From Antedon mediterranea (taxonomy: Eukaryota; Animalia; Echinodermata), in assembly GCF_964355755.1 (NCBI RefSeq), contig NC_092670.1, positions 20,012,795 through 20,076,794 of the forward strand: a stretch of DNA of 64,000 nt, written 5' to 3'. Below are positions 27,901 to 38,131 of this stretch, piece by piece. Position 1 is the first letter of the stretch; each line of letters begins with the position of its first letter. The position numbers and the translations under genes were made by a program. The notes beneath the pieces are model-generated. The model searched no databases, had not been told where the DNA came from, and saw nothing but the letters and a program-made list of their open reading frames with translations.

Positions 27901-30900
27901 TATAAAACATATAAACAAAAAATGCAGCAACATTAAAATTAAAGGGAACATAATTAATTTACTGCACCTTGGAGATGGAAAATATGAATATTTGGAGGGA
28001 TGAAATTTATAAATTGTTATTTTTCTTCTTTTTCAGAAAGAAAAAAGGGGTCCTGAGAAAATGTAGGACTGCAGCACTCTTCAGTTTAAGGAACAAATTT
28101 ATGAGCAGATAATCAAAACCCTACATATAATACAATGCTGGGACATAGCATAGCTTCACTAAAGCTTTTTCAATAAGCAAAGTCGTATACATTGTTGATA
28201 CACTGTTGTCTACCAAACTATATACTCAACAATACAAATTTGTAGAAACAATATTTGGCAAAACTTTACTTTTGGAAACACAGGAAAAACTTTACTAAAC
28301 AATATATCAAATTAAAAGTGTGCAATTTAAACAAATAAAAAACAACAAACAAATAACTATAAATAAAGAATGTGCAATATGGACAATGAAAGTTATTGCG
28401 GAAATTGCTCTGCAGATCTCGAAGAAGAAAGTCATGATGAACTGCACATTGTGTTCAAGGTAATTGAAGTGTTCCTGGTGATCCTCATTTGTCTGCTCAC
28501 CCTTGTAATAAATGCCGTCAATTTTGTTCTACTATCGCAGCTTCCTTCTTTCCAGAACAACATGGGAATGTATTTGCGATCTCTATCCTGCGCCGGATTT
28601 ATAACAGGAATCATTTTCACATGGTCTATTTATCCATCTATTATCACAGCGGATAATTTCCCGTTTCACAAAGCACTTTGCGAAGCACAAGCATTTGTGT
28701 TGGTACAAGCATCAGATGTTTCTATCGTCACACAAGCAATGTTGAATCTCGACCGATACGTATCTATCTACTATCACATGCGGTACATGCAATTCATGAA
28801 CATTCGTAAATGCCTAATAATCAATGTAATAATCTGGATTGTCAGTTTTCTGTTTGGTCTGCCCGTCTTTTTCTCGCTTGGCGCTAAATACATGCCCGAC
28901 TCATACCTATGCAGTCCAAATCTCAAAGCAAGCCAAGCCTACACAATGTGTTTAATAGCGCTTATCTTATTTCCAGCAACGACGATAATGTTCTTCTCTT
29001 ACGTACAGCTCTTGAGAATTTCACGCCGCCACGCGACTGCCATAGAGGCTCAAGTCAATGCAATATCAAGCAATGCTACCAATAAAAAATCAAAAGTTGC
29101 CGGAAAGAACATGAAGGCTTTGAAAATGCTTTTAATAATAACATTTGCTTTCAACATTACTTGGCTGCCGTTCACCGGTTTGAGTGTTTATCGGAATAAT
29201 TTCGCAAACGGTAAATCAGAACCACATTGGATCGGTTTTTTTATACCATGGTGGGCACAGGTTGGTACTCTGATTAACGCAGTCATATATTTTGTGTTTA
29301 GTAAAGAGTACAGACTGGGTCTTCAGAAATTTCTACGAATAAACAGGAAAAAAAATCAAGAGGCCTTAGACGCGGAAAGGACGACTGCATGGATGTAGAC
29401 ATTTTTTACTCACCCTCAGAGGAAAAATGGCAAAAGAGTTTTGTGTGATTAAGTTTTATTCAGATAGTCTGTGTAACATGGCCATAGTGCTGATTTTTCC
29501 CTCTACCAGTCACAGTAATTTGAATCACCTGCACTATTTATTATGTCACTTTTACAGTATAATGTGATGCAAACTACATAAGTTTAACATAAACATAGTA
29601 CAATGTCGCAAGATCTCAATTTGATTATAGGACCTAGCTAAGTCAACAACATCAAATGAATTTCACCCTAATACAACGATTGTGTCTAATGTAATTATTA
29701 AAATCTCTACTGAGTGTTTCTATGAATATACAGCTTACTGTAGACGTGAATAAATCTACCAAATCTTATTTTACATCATGTTGAAAAACTAGATATAAAT
29801 GATAGTAAATAAATTTAATTGTTTTTTTAAAGTAGTAAGTTTATTTACTATTCATTATATCTAGTTTTCATGCTGCTGCTCTAGTTATAGTATCTAAGGC
29901 CGACAGTTTTGCAACTTTGTAAACTCTACTATAATTTATAAATCCCAGCTGCTGCTGCCACACACACACACACAGCACATTAAAGTTAAAAATTTACCAT
30001 TTTTAATTTTAAATGGGCATGTGATTCATAATTAAAGAAATGTCTTTGATTTGTATGTATTTTGGGGATTAAAGGATATCTTTTTAATAATTAATCATAA
30101 ATATATCTGAAGAAAGAACAATGATTAATTTTTAAATGTCGAGCAGCGTTTTTTGTAAGAAATATTTCTTGTTCAACTTGGTGTGAAATGAATTGGTTGA
30201 TGTATTCATGTCTAAGCTGTACATTGACAGATAGCAACACTCAGTAGAGATTCTGAAACTATTTAATCTAATTATTGGATACAGTACTATTACTAATGTA
30301 CTGAATGTTTTCAACATCACGGACAGTAAACAAGTGTCCAACATAAACGTTAATGCACAATACTTAATACGTAATGCATACTTGTGGTTGTATACGCAAA
30401 CATACTGTAATAGGACTGATTCAAATGTCTGATTACATATTAAATCTAATATTTCAATTGATATTTTAAAATAACTTTTTTCAACTCTACTAATACTATT
30501 AATTAAATTAAATCATTGTTATCAAAATGTCTCCTTTTTAGAGGTGTCCCCTGCTATTAAGATGTATTTCCCCTTGTTCGTTTCATGGGAGAGTGTCTCC
30601 AGGTGTTCCAAATGAGAGGGTTCCATTGTATTTAGATAGGATCACAAGGTATTTAAAATATACATTGTTTAGTACTGATTACTAAAACAGTAGTTTAGTC
30701 AAATATAATGCAATTTAAAGCACACTTTATTTATAAATATTAAACTACTGTATTTTCTTCTATAAATTTTAAATGTTAAAAATAAACCTTGATATCATTA
30801 CATTCCTGTTGAAAACATTTTTTTTGAAAAATTATTTTAAAATAAATATTAAATATTACATAATAAAAATTAAACAGAATCATGAAATTCATTTTTTAAG

Positions 30901-31760
30901 TGTTCACTGACGACCTACTGAATGTGATATGTAAAATTGGCAGAACAAACAACTATTTAACATACTGTGATGTAAAACAATTCAGAATCTAATGCCCTCT
31001 ATTGATAGAAAAAGCAAATGACATGTATCACTGTCAATGTTGATCATCACATATCGGTTTCTTAAACATAGTTATTATTTTACTAATAATTGTCAATCTT
31101 CAAGAAGAATTTCTGTTGTTATTTTATGATGATGATGGACAAATAAAGCATTTCAGTATTCAGTATTCAGTTATCAACCAGAGAGATTTAAATCGGTTTC
31201 TTAAACATAGTTATCAACCAGAGAGATTTAAAAAGAGCGATGGACTCAACCTTTTGGTTGAATGGGCCAGGGTTTTGTGCAAAATGTGTGTTCTTTTAAA
31301 AATCCCTTTGATACACACTGCAAGATGTAACTACAGTATGTTTAAATAATAAATCAATACAAATTAAGAACATGCTGGATAGTGTAGAGTAATGAGATTC
31401 ATGACATTTTGGTTAATAAGCCTTAAATTAATTACTCCCCATAATATACACATTTATCAATGAAATCATTTCACGAAGAAATGAGTAAGATTACCGAACC
31501 TCAGAATTTATCATCACTATTCAGAGGGCAGCAAACACAACTAAAGTAAGTTGAACAAATGACTGCATTGAAATATTTTTTGATCAATAAATACATTTTA
31601 AGTATTTCCTTTTAAAGGAATATTGGAAACCATTGTAAATACTAAAAGAATAATATTGAACTCCAGTGGCCATTACCTGTTTATATTCTGCAAGGGTCTC
31701 TGCAACTTTTCCACCAAACCGCACACTCTTGCCTGAGGTAGATGCCTCCTTTCCATGCAT
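9928..31760 (-). CDS. RRN3: RNA polymerase I-specific transcription initiation factor RRN3 (TIF-IA), ~612 aa
   Basis: Minus-strand exons: 31677-31760 (KSVRFGG; acceptor at 31795), 27843-27899 (NDYDLLIHQLSDPDIK), 27307-27396, 26798-26927 (EYRAFLVDLVSAQT), 20741-20855, 20141-20210, 16244-16342, 15783-15866, 14826-15012, 12395-12525 (LPTHACCHVQF), 12068-12198 (RQAAASYIAS), 11859-11982 (HGPFYSVCQ), 11301-11464, 10656-10811 (NPLDSFFPFDPY), 10483-10561, 9928-10065. All introns are GT-AG and the total, 1839 nt, is in frame. The start codon is tentative. Confidence 0.93.
10118..10270. mobile_element. Harbinger-like MITE remnant in RRN3 intron
   Basis: Imperfect TIRs TAAGGCCAATTTATGCAGA ... CTGTGTAAATTTTGGCCTTTA, with an inner GGTAAC/GTTACC inverted pair. 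Confidence 0.5.
10859..11130. mobile_element. TA-flanked MITE (Tc1/mariner-like non-autonomous element)
   Basis: TA|CTGTAAAGCCCAAAATGTT ... AACATTTGGGGCTTTACAG|TA terminal inverted repeats, with CGCGA repeats inside. Confidence 0.7.
13657..13762. mobile_element. MITE family A, partial copy
   Basis: TCTACACTATCAAACTAGTTTGTGATGTG...CATATATGGGCACATCACA. Confidence 0.7.
13880..14124 (-). mobile_element. tRNA-derived SINE (family B-like head)
   Basis: The reverse complement begins AGTGGAGTTGTGGCTTGGTGGTTA (A box) ... GGGTTCAAGTCC (B box), similar to the heads at 16548 and 20527. Confidence 0.55.
15520..15677. mobile_element. MITE family A copy
   Basis: GTCTACACTAT...AAATATGGTAGTGATATG...GATAGTGTAGACATAGCT|TTA. 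Confidence 0.75.
16548..16766 (+). mobile_element. tRNA-derived SINE family B
   Basis: tRNA-like head (TAGCTTGATGG A box, GCCTTCCAA anticodon-like arm, GGTGCAATCC B box), body shared with 20527-20725, and an (AAATA)n tail. Confidence 0.7.
18972..19595 (-). mobile_element. Helentron-associated (HINE-like) non-autonomous element
   Basis: Homologous over ~600 bp to 53436-54074. The minus strand starts TTACCTCCGCCAAGGAGG and ends GTATGCACTC...TTTCTAGTT, a HINE-type subterminal pattern with a CTAG 3' end. Classification is by motif resemblance only. Confidence 0.6.
20527..20725 (+). mobile_element. tRNA-derived SINE family B
   Basis: TAGCTTGGTGG A box, GGTTCAATCC B box, same body as 16548-16766, A-rich tail. 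Confidence 0.7.
21454..21581. mobile_element. MITE family A copy (opposite orientation)
   Basis: AAAGCTTTGTCAACACTA...TGTGATGTGCCC...CACTACCATATTTGGG...GGGCACATCACA...CAGCTTAA. Confidence 0.7.
22099..22411 (+). mobile_element. Full-length tRNA-headed SINE with a Deu-domain-like core
   Basis: A box TGGCCGAGCGG and B box GGTTCGAGGC. The central CGGATAAGGACTATAAACCGTAGGTCC...GCACTTTAAAGAACC...CGAGACGAGTAGGGGGTTACCCCGGTGT resembles the DeuSINE core as I recall it. (AAAC)n tail; a degenerate head copy lies at ~22725-22815. Confidence 0.75.
27503..27644. mobile_element. MITE family A copy with perfect TAA target duplication
   Basis: TAA|AGCTCTGTCTACA...GTGTAGACAGAGCT|TAA. Confidence 0.8.
28370..29398 (+). 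CDS. Orphan rhodopsin-class (class A) 7TM GPCR, intronless CDS, nested antisense in an RRN3 intron
   Basis: 342-aa ORF with seven hydrophobic segments, N-terminal NxS sites, TM3 Cys and LDRY, ECL2 Cys, TM6 FxxxWLPF, TM7 NAVIY plus helix-8 SKEYR. It lies within RRN3 intron 27900-31676. Confidence 0.92.
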   Translation: MCNMDNESYCGNCSADLEEESHDELHIVFKVIEVFLVILICLLTLVINAVNFVLLSQLPSFQNNMGMYLRSLSCAGFITGIIFTWSIYPSIITADNFPFHKALCEAQAFVLVQASDVSIVTQAMLNLDRYVSIYYHMRYMQFMNIRKCLIINVIIWIVSFLFGLPVFFSLGAKYMPDSYLCSPNLKASQAYTMCLIALILFPATTIMFFSYVQLLRISRRHATAIEAQVNAISSNATNKKSKVAGKNMKALKMLLIITFAFNITWLPFTGLSVYRNNFANGKSEPHWIGFFIPWWAQVGTLINAVIYFVFSKEYRLGLQKFLRINRKKNQEALDAERTTAWM

Positions 31761-32034
31761 TTCAACTTCTTTAAAATCACTTTTAAAATTGCATCTATTG
31801 ATAGATCAAACAAAACAAATAATTACTAGGCCAGTTTTATATTTACACCTTAAACTATAGCAAAACGATATTTTAAAATATCTATATATAGCATAGAGCA
31901 AAGACGTCAACCGGCATGTAAAAATTGCTAATTGAGGAAGCCTAATCATCCCTCCAGGCAAATGGTTGTGTGTTCAAACAAAACCCACATTTCTGTCAAG
32001 CAGAAATTCAAACTAGCAACCCCTAGACCTATGT

Positions 32035-32274
32035 TGTGAATGGCACCTGCAGGGGGAACAGGACACCCCTTCCGCCGAACGAGGGCGTCGCCCTGATAGT
32101 CTGACTTGCATGCAGACACGGGAGATGTCAACGTGGGACCTTGACGCTGCTTGATCTGGTCTATTTGCAGCAGAACACCAAGAGGAAAGGATGGAACAAA
32201 AACCAATAATTAAATTATTTACACTTGGTCTTGCCCTACTATTAATTGATTTATTAGGACAGTGGATGATGACA
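32035..32274 (+). mobile_element. LTR-like repeat, copy 1
   Basis: TG...CA-bounded ~240-bp segment with a diverged direct copy at 34816-35037 (GGCACCTGC...GTCTATTTGCAG.AGAACACCAAGAGGA...AAAAACCAATAATT...ACACTTGGTCTTGC). Confidence 0.55.
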
Positions 32275-32399
32275 GTAATCAACCTGAGGGGGTGCCAGCA
32301 CACCTTGTAGGCATGTTATTGTTAAACTCTTCGAGATCTAAGCTTTCGACATAGAGGTTGAATGCGCTCACCAAACTATTGATTACCAGAACATCTTCA

Positions 32400-33870
32400 T
32401 TGCTCATCAATTCGACATCGGCACCTTTGGTGAAATTGAACACAGCATCAACACTGGCGATGCAACAACAATCAGGCAACGGCTATGCCATACTCTTCTA
32501 CGCTTTGCGGAGAAGAGGAGAAAGCTGCGGTTATTCAACCATCACCTCCTGTGTTGGTATGGAAGCATGATCGGGCTCTCAACAACACTACTAAAGATGC
32601 GTATCCATTACCTCTGAATTGTGATTGCCTTGATACACAGTCGGGGATAATCTGGTTTTCTAAACTACCGTAGACACAATTTGGGGCTGCTGGCAAATAA
32701 AGATTAAAGATCGGAAGAAGATGGCGTTTATCACCAAGCATGGTCTGTATGAATTCGTTAAAAGTGCCCTTTGGTCTTTCCAATTGTCCTGTGACTTTCT
32801 CCCGTGCCATGGGTTTGGTACTTCAGGGACTGACGTGCGATATTGTATTGGCATTTCTCGATGAAATTGTCATGCTCGGTAAAACATTTGGAGATCATCT
32901 CAACAATCTCTCTCAAGTTCTTCAATGATTTCATATTAACAACTTTAAACTTACACTGATTCAGGTACAGGAGGGCTAGAGTGCAGTGACGGGCACTCAA
33001 CTGGATGGCGGAGGTCAGGTGTGCCTCGTAAAAGGGAAGACACCGGAAGATGAAAGGCAGGACTAGAACGTCCAGCACATGATGAGAGATGGCACCGATG
33101 TCCTACTACTGGATATGACAACCTACAGCGCCATATCAAGATGCTGGAAAGGGTAATTAGAGGATTTGGTGATCTTGTATTGTACGATAGCTCTGCCACC
33201 CGTCTGCCATTATACACTGGCATTGTGTGGTGAGCCTCATCACCTCGTTTGGTTCAGATGTGGTGGAGGGGTGTGGTAATCAGGCTGAGGAAGAGGAGAG
33301 CCTATGGAAAAGGATACGGAGAACAACCGACCAAGCACGATGCTCCGGCACTCAAGGGTGGACAATCAGTGGCTGTGCCACTGGTTGTGCAGGGGACATC
33401 GGCCTCATTTGACTGGACACCAAAGGTGTTCGACGCCTGCTTTATTTTTGATAGGTTGCAGAGAATGAGATACAACTTTCTTAGCATGCGGACCTCTGGG
33501 ACGTGGAGTGAGCGATGCAGCTGAGAAGTGGTAGGCGGGATTGCCCTGTTTGCACTAGCGATTCAACTAGGTATTCCACCGAACGGGAGATCAATGACTT
33601 GACGAGGCATGGCTGTGCGGTGGGCTTGGTAGTGGCTCCTGGCTACTTGCCAACGACGGCCCAATTTAATAGGCTTCTGTGGCTTTATTTTGAGATGTTT
33701 AGGTAATGCTTCTGGCTAACTATGGTTTTACGGAAGGCGTACATACAGCCTACCTCCGGCACAGGGCGTATTTTAGTGTGACTAGTGAGATGGAGGAGGT
33801 GCACCTGGCAGGTCTGGGTGGGTTCAACACCGAAGGAGACCGCAGCGGTTGGGGAAAAGGGAGGGGCGTG
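32400..33870 (+). pseudogene. Degenerate Ty3/Gypsy pol remnant (reverse transcriptase) plus downstream internal sequence
   Basis: Frameshifted RT motifs: IEHSINTGDA, KDAYPLP, AFITKHGLYEF, PFGLSNCPVTFSRAM, AFLDEIV (YxDD degenerate), HLNNLSQVL. A purine tract GGGGAAAAGGGAGGGGCG followed by TG lies at ~33851. Confidence 0.8.
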
Positions 33871-34204
33871 CCTGGTGGCAACAACAATATTAAGACATGG
33901 GTAATTGGTCTACGCGCATTGATATTGTATATAGAAAAGCATAATAGGCTGTTGACAATAAATGCCTCATGCACTTGGAATCCACACCTGACTGAGTTGT
34001 GTATGTAATACCTGTGTACTGTTGTTTAGTGTCTTTAGGGTGTATGAAACATAACACCCACATATCACAAACTTTGAGCCGCTGTTGGACACAACTGGGA
34101 TTAAACATCAATGAGGATTTAAAGATATATTGTCCCCCAAAAACATGAAAAATGAAGATTAATTAAATCAAACTTGAAATATGTTATTTTGTTAAAAAAA
34201 GGTA

Positions 34205-34680
34205 TTGAAACCCATCGAACCATCATCTACGCGATGGCTTAGCATTTAACATTCAGTTTCCCGTTTGAAAGAAAGCTTTGTAAGTACACTTGTAAGCTTG
34301 GAAAGAGAAGGTGAAGAACGCAGTGACGCAAAGGCCAATGGACTATTTCATTTAGCAAGGACTTTCATTGAAATGATGTTGCTTCTTTGCAATATATTGC
34401 CACACGTCAGTCGCCTCTGCAAGGCATTTCAGGCTCGAGAATTCTAACATTGTTTGATCCAACCCCTTGTTAAAGCAACACTTGCTACAATATCTGACAT
34501 GAAGACGACAAATGGCCTACACTTTGCACAACTCTTGGATAATCTTAAGTCGTCCGACATTGACGTTAAGTTAATTACTTTGATAAACACATCTGTTGTA
34601 TCATTTGTCGCCGGCTCGTTTATGATACAATGCGACTATTGCGATGTGTGGTATCACGGGGCATGTACGAACATTCTCTT
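34205..34680 (+). pseudogene. Fragment of hAT (ZNF862-like) transposase followed by a PHD-finger fragment
   Basis: PSSTRWLS, LVSLEREGEERSDAKANGL, MLLLCNILPHVSRLCKAFQ and IQPLVKATL, broken by stops and frameshifts, then MIQCDYCDVWYHGAC. Confidence 0.65.
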
Positions 34681-34815
34681 CATCCTCGGATGTGGATCAG
34701 TTACCGGTGGCAAATACTAGTTAAACGAACATATCCGAGATGGATCAAGAGGTGCTCTGGCAAGTCCGGGTGAACGGAGCCGTTCAACCCTGAAGGTTCA
34801 CCCGCTATTCAAACA

Positions 34816-35063
34816 TGTAAACGGCACCTGCTGGGTGAACAGACCACCGCTGAACGAAGGTGTTGCCCCGATAGCCTGATTTCCATACACAGGGTATGCA
34901 GATTTAACATGGGACCTCGACCGCCGCCCAATCCAGTCTATTTGCAGAAGAACACCAAGAGGACGAAACAAAAACCAATAATTATTCACACTTGGTCTTG
35001 CTCTACTAATCGTGTGATTAGGAGAGTGGGACTGATAAGGTAAGTCTAGTTGCTTGGTAGCAG
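34816..35063 (+). mobile_element. LTR-like repeat, copy 2, followed by a possible tRNA-iMet primer-binding site
   Basis: Diverged direct copy of 32035-32274. TGGTAGCAG at 35055-35063 is complementary to the 3' end of initiator Met tRNA (only 9 nt). Confidence 0.5.
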
Positions 35064-35461
35064 TGCTACCTAAAAATCACAACACCTATAGTATAAGGCA
35101 AAATTTAAAAAAAAAACATGTTTAGCATCCTGCTTTCATCCAAAAATGAAAGAGGCCCTTTTTTTCCAAAAGATGTCTGTCATGCTATTAAAATCCGCAA
35201 TCAGAATACGCTGTCTACAACAAGTGTCCTAGACTGATTTTCCAGCCGCATATTGCTTCCGAGACTGCACAATGTACATGTATTTACATACAGACAGGGT
35301 TATTGTGAAAATGAAAACGATGGAGTATTATATATTATATTGACTTTTATGTTAGCATAAAACGAGGTGTCCAAACAGAAGCAGGTGGGAAGGCTAAACA
35401 TTAATATTTATTTTTTGCCTAAGCTCCCCACTACAACATATTGAGCCATCCAGCTGGTTAA

Positions 35462-36997
35462 AGACCCCTTCCCTGCAATTTTGGACGTTTTTTGGAAAAT
35501 AATACATATATATCACTTTAAAAACATTAAACCATGTCATTCCTTGTCTTAAATGTACGTTTTATGGTAAATTATGATAAAAAGTGAGAAACAATGCACA
35601 ACCTAAGTAGCTCACGGCGATCGACCTCTCGTGGACGGTCTTAGGCCTAGCCTAGCTAGGCTTAGTTTTGTAGGCCTAGCTGGTAAACATCGGTAACGTA
35701 CGAACATCGTACGCGAGCTATATACCTAGCCTGACGTTGTATAGTTGCTGCATTAATTTTCTTTCTATTTTTGCCAGACTCCGTTGATACAAATTGGGGA
35801 AAACCCGGTATTTTTGCTGAAAAGTTAGGAGTCTTCCATTTGTTTTGGCCTCACGATCGATCGAAAAGTGGGCGAATTACAGGTGAAAAACAAAAATATC
35901 AATCCGCGCGCAATGCATTTTGGGATTTATAGCGGGCCGCTATAATTATTAGAATCGACTTATTTTTCACATTTTTAACCGTTTAAAGACGAAAAAAGTT
36001 ATCGCAATAGGACCATTATAGTATTATTTTGGCGCTAGTTCCGTTTCGCACCTGTTTTTATTTCGACTTCCTTTTGACTCCAAATTGTTAAGCAACTTAT
36101 TGTGAATACCACACCTTAAAATTGGGCCTCATAAGTACTTTTATGAAGAAGAATCACATAAAAAGTAACAAATAAATCCTTAAATTGATGATTTTACAGA
36201 CATGTTTCTCGCATAGCGTTCGCCGCGAATTTAGCATACTCGAAGTTCAATATTTTCGTTTCTATGGAGCGCCAAAAGAGCAACAACAATAGATGGTTAA
36301 AACCTCAGTGGAATGCGTCTATGCATTTATTATTGAAATACACGTTTAATTTTAATATATTTTGTCAATAAAAATGCTGTAACATTTTACTGCTAATAAT
36401 TTGCTGTTTTCAAATAGCAACCAACCCTAGGCCTAAGACTAAGACTAAGACTAAGAGGCATATTATTTAGATTAAGGTATACCCCTACAGTACATACAGT
36501 ACATGTAATATGATGATGAATTTGTCGATTTTCATTCCTAAAAGCTCCTGCAAAAACCATGTACAGTATCAACAGTAATATTTTTGTTGCATTGACATTG
36601 ACAAAATATGATAAAATTGAACGTAATTTTCACCAATAAATGCATTAAATATACGAAATTTACTGAGGTTTTTAGCCCTCTATTATGATTGCTCTTTTGG
36701 CGCTCCATAGAAACAACAACATTGAACATGGAGTATGCGAAATTCACGAACCGATGTGCGAGAAACACGTCTGTAAATTCATCAATTTAAAGGATTTATT
36801 TTTTACTTTTTGTGTGATCGCCTTCGTAAAAGTATTTTTGAGGCCTAATTCTAAGGTGTGGTACTCACGATAAAGTTACTTAACCAATTTTGAGTCGAAA
36901 TAAACGACAGGTGCGAAACGGAACTAGCGCCATTATTTTTACATTAAATATAGTTTGTGATCTTAAATTAGATCTAAAAAACGTAGGGAATGGGGCT
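35462..36997. mobile_element. TTAA-flanked non-autonomous DNA element (Kolobok-like) containing a long internal inverted repeat
   Basis: TTAA|AGACCCCTTCCCT ... AGGGAATGGGGCT|TTAA imperfect TIRs. Inverted arms at ~36030-36370 and ~36597-36931. Confidence 0.6.
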
Positions 36998-37521
36998 TTA
37001 AACAAATCGGTATTAACTTTTTGTTTGAATTTAGCAAAGGTTCGAAACTCATTAGACTTTAATTTAATTATTATTTAATCATCATTCTCCGATATTGAGA
37101 TAAACCATACTAATAATAGTAATACTATTTTTATTTCCGTTGCCTTAATTTTAAAAGATCCAATCAAATACTTAAAAAGAGAAATAGAGCATATTAGTAC
37201 TACATAAGTTAGACCGAGTACTAGAGTCTATTAGCGCGAATCAAGTATATTTGTTAAGCCTAGCCAGGGTCTGCAGACCACAGGAATCCCGTCATGCGCG
37301 CCGTATCCCGGGCCCGCTTAAGACAGCAGCGTCAACAAACGAAAAGCAGTCGATCGTCGGCCTAGCTAGCTAGAGCCCTCTATTCAAGAACATTTACCAC
37401 CCTATAGTGTACAGAAAAATTAGTGGAATAATCATCAACGTACATATTTCGAAAACTATTAGACAAATTATAACAATATTAACATTTATGTTAGTGTTTT
37501 ATGGTTTATGATAAAAACTTA

Positions 37522-37615
37522 CAACACGTGTCACGTCTCAGCAAGTCTCGCCGTGTTATTAAAAAAAACAAACCTTTTCTTGACCTTTATGTTAGGGCGC
37601 CGCCATTAGCCATGA
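37522..37615 (-). promoter_or_regulatory. Candidate non-coding first exon/promoter of RRN3
   Basis: CpG-rich patch 37230-37610, an ATGGCGGC (YY1-type) motif on the minus strand at ~37600, and a strong minus-strand donor TT|GTAAGT at ~37522. The link to the RRN3 acceptor at 31795 is inferred. Confidence 0.35.
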
Positions 37616-38046
37616 TAGTTTTTAATATTCCTCCACATAAAACTGATTTATAAATAAATTAAACAACTGTATCATAACAATTTTAATCGGTTATTTATTT
37701 AATGCACAGCAGTATACTTAAATGTAAGGAGGAATAACTTTTTAGATTCCTCTATAATTTAAGAAATGCAGGAAAACTGACTGAACGAAGTGGAATTATT
37801 TCAAAAATGAATTAAACCTGTCTGTTAATTTATAGGTTTTTAAAATTTATTTTTATGTTAGTCTCAACCAATACAAAATACTTGAAAAGGAAAATTGGCA
37901 TAGCTTTATCCATTTAGGTAGCCTATAATACTGCTGCTTGCTTTTGGGAGTGCTTACATGGAGTAGACTTATTCGTTTACATTGTGTTGTGTTCAATAAA
38001 ATAATAAAGAACCTTATGCGCGGAGAGATTTTAAAATATTTTTTAA

Positions 38047-38131
38047 AGCTCTGTCTACACTATCAAACTTTATGTGATGTGCCCATATCGGGGCCCATAT
38101 GGACATCGGATGTCAAACTAGTTTCAGAGCT
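38047..38131. mobile_element. MITE family A, internally deleted copy
   Basis: TAA|AGCTCTGTCTACACTATCAAACTTTATGTGATGTGCCC...CAGAGCT|TTA. Confidence 0.75.

Noticed and set aside
37590-37612. ATGGCGGCGCCC (MAAP, like the human RRN3 start) on the minus strand
   Set aside because: It is followed immediately by TAA, so it is better read as a YY1-type promoter motif.
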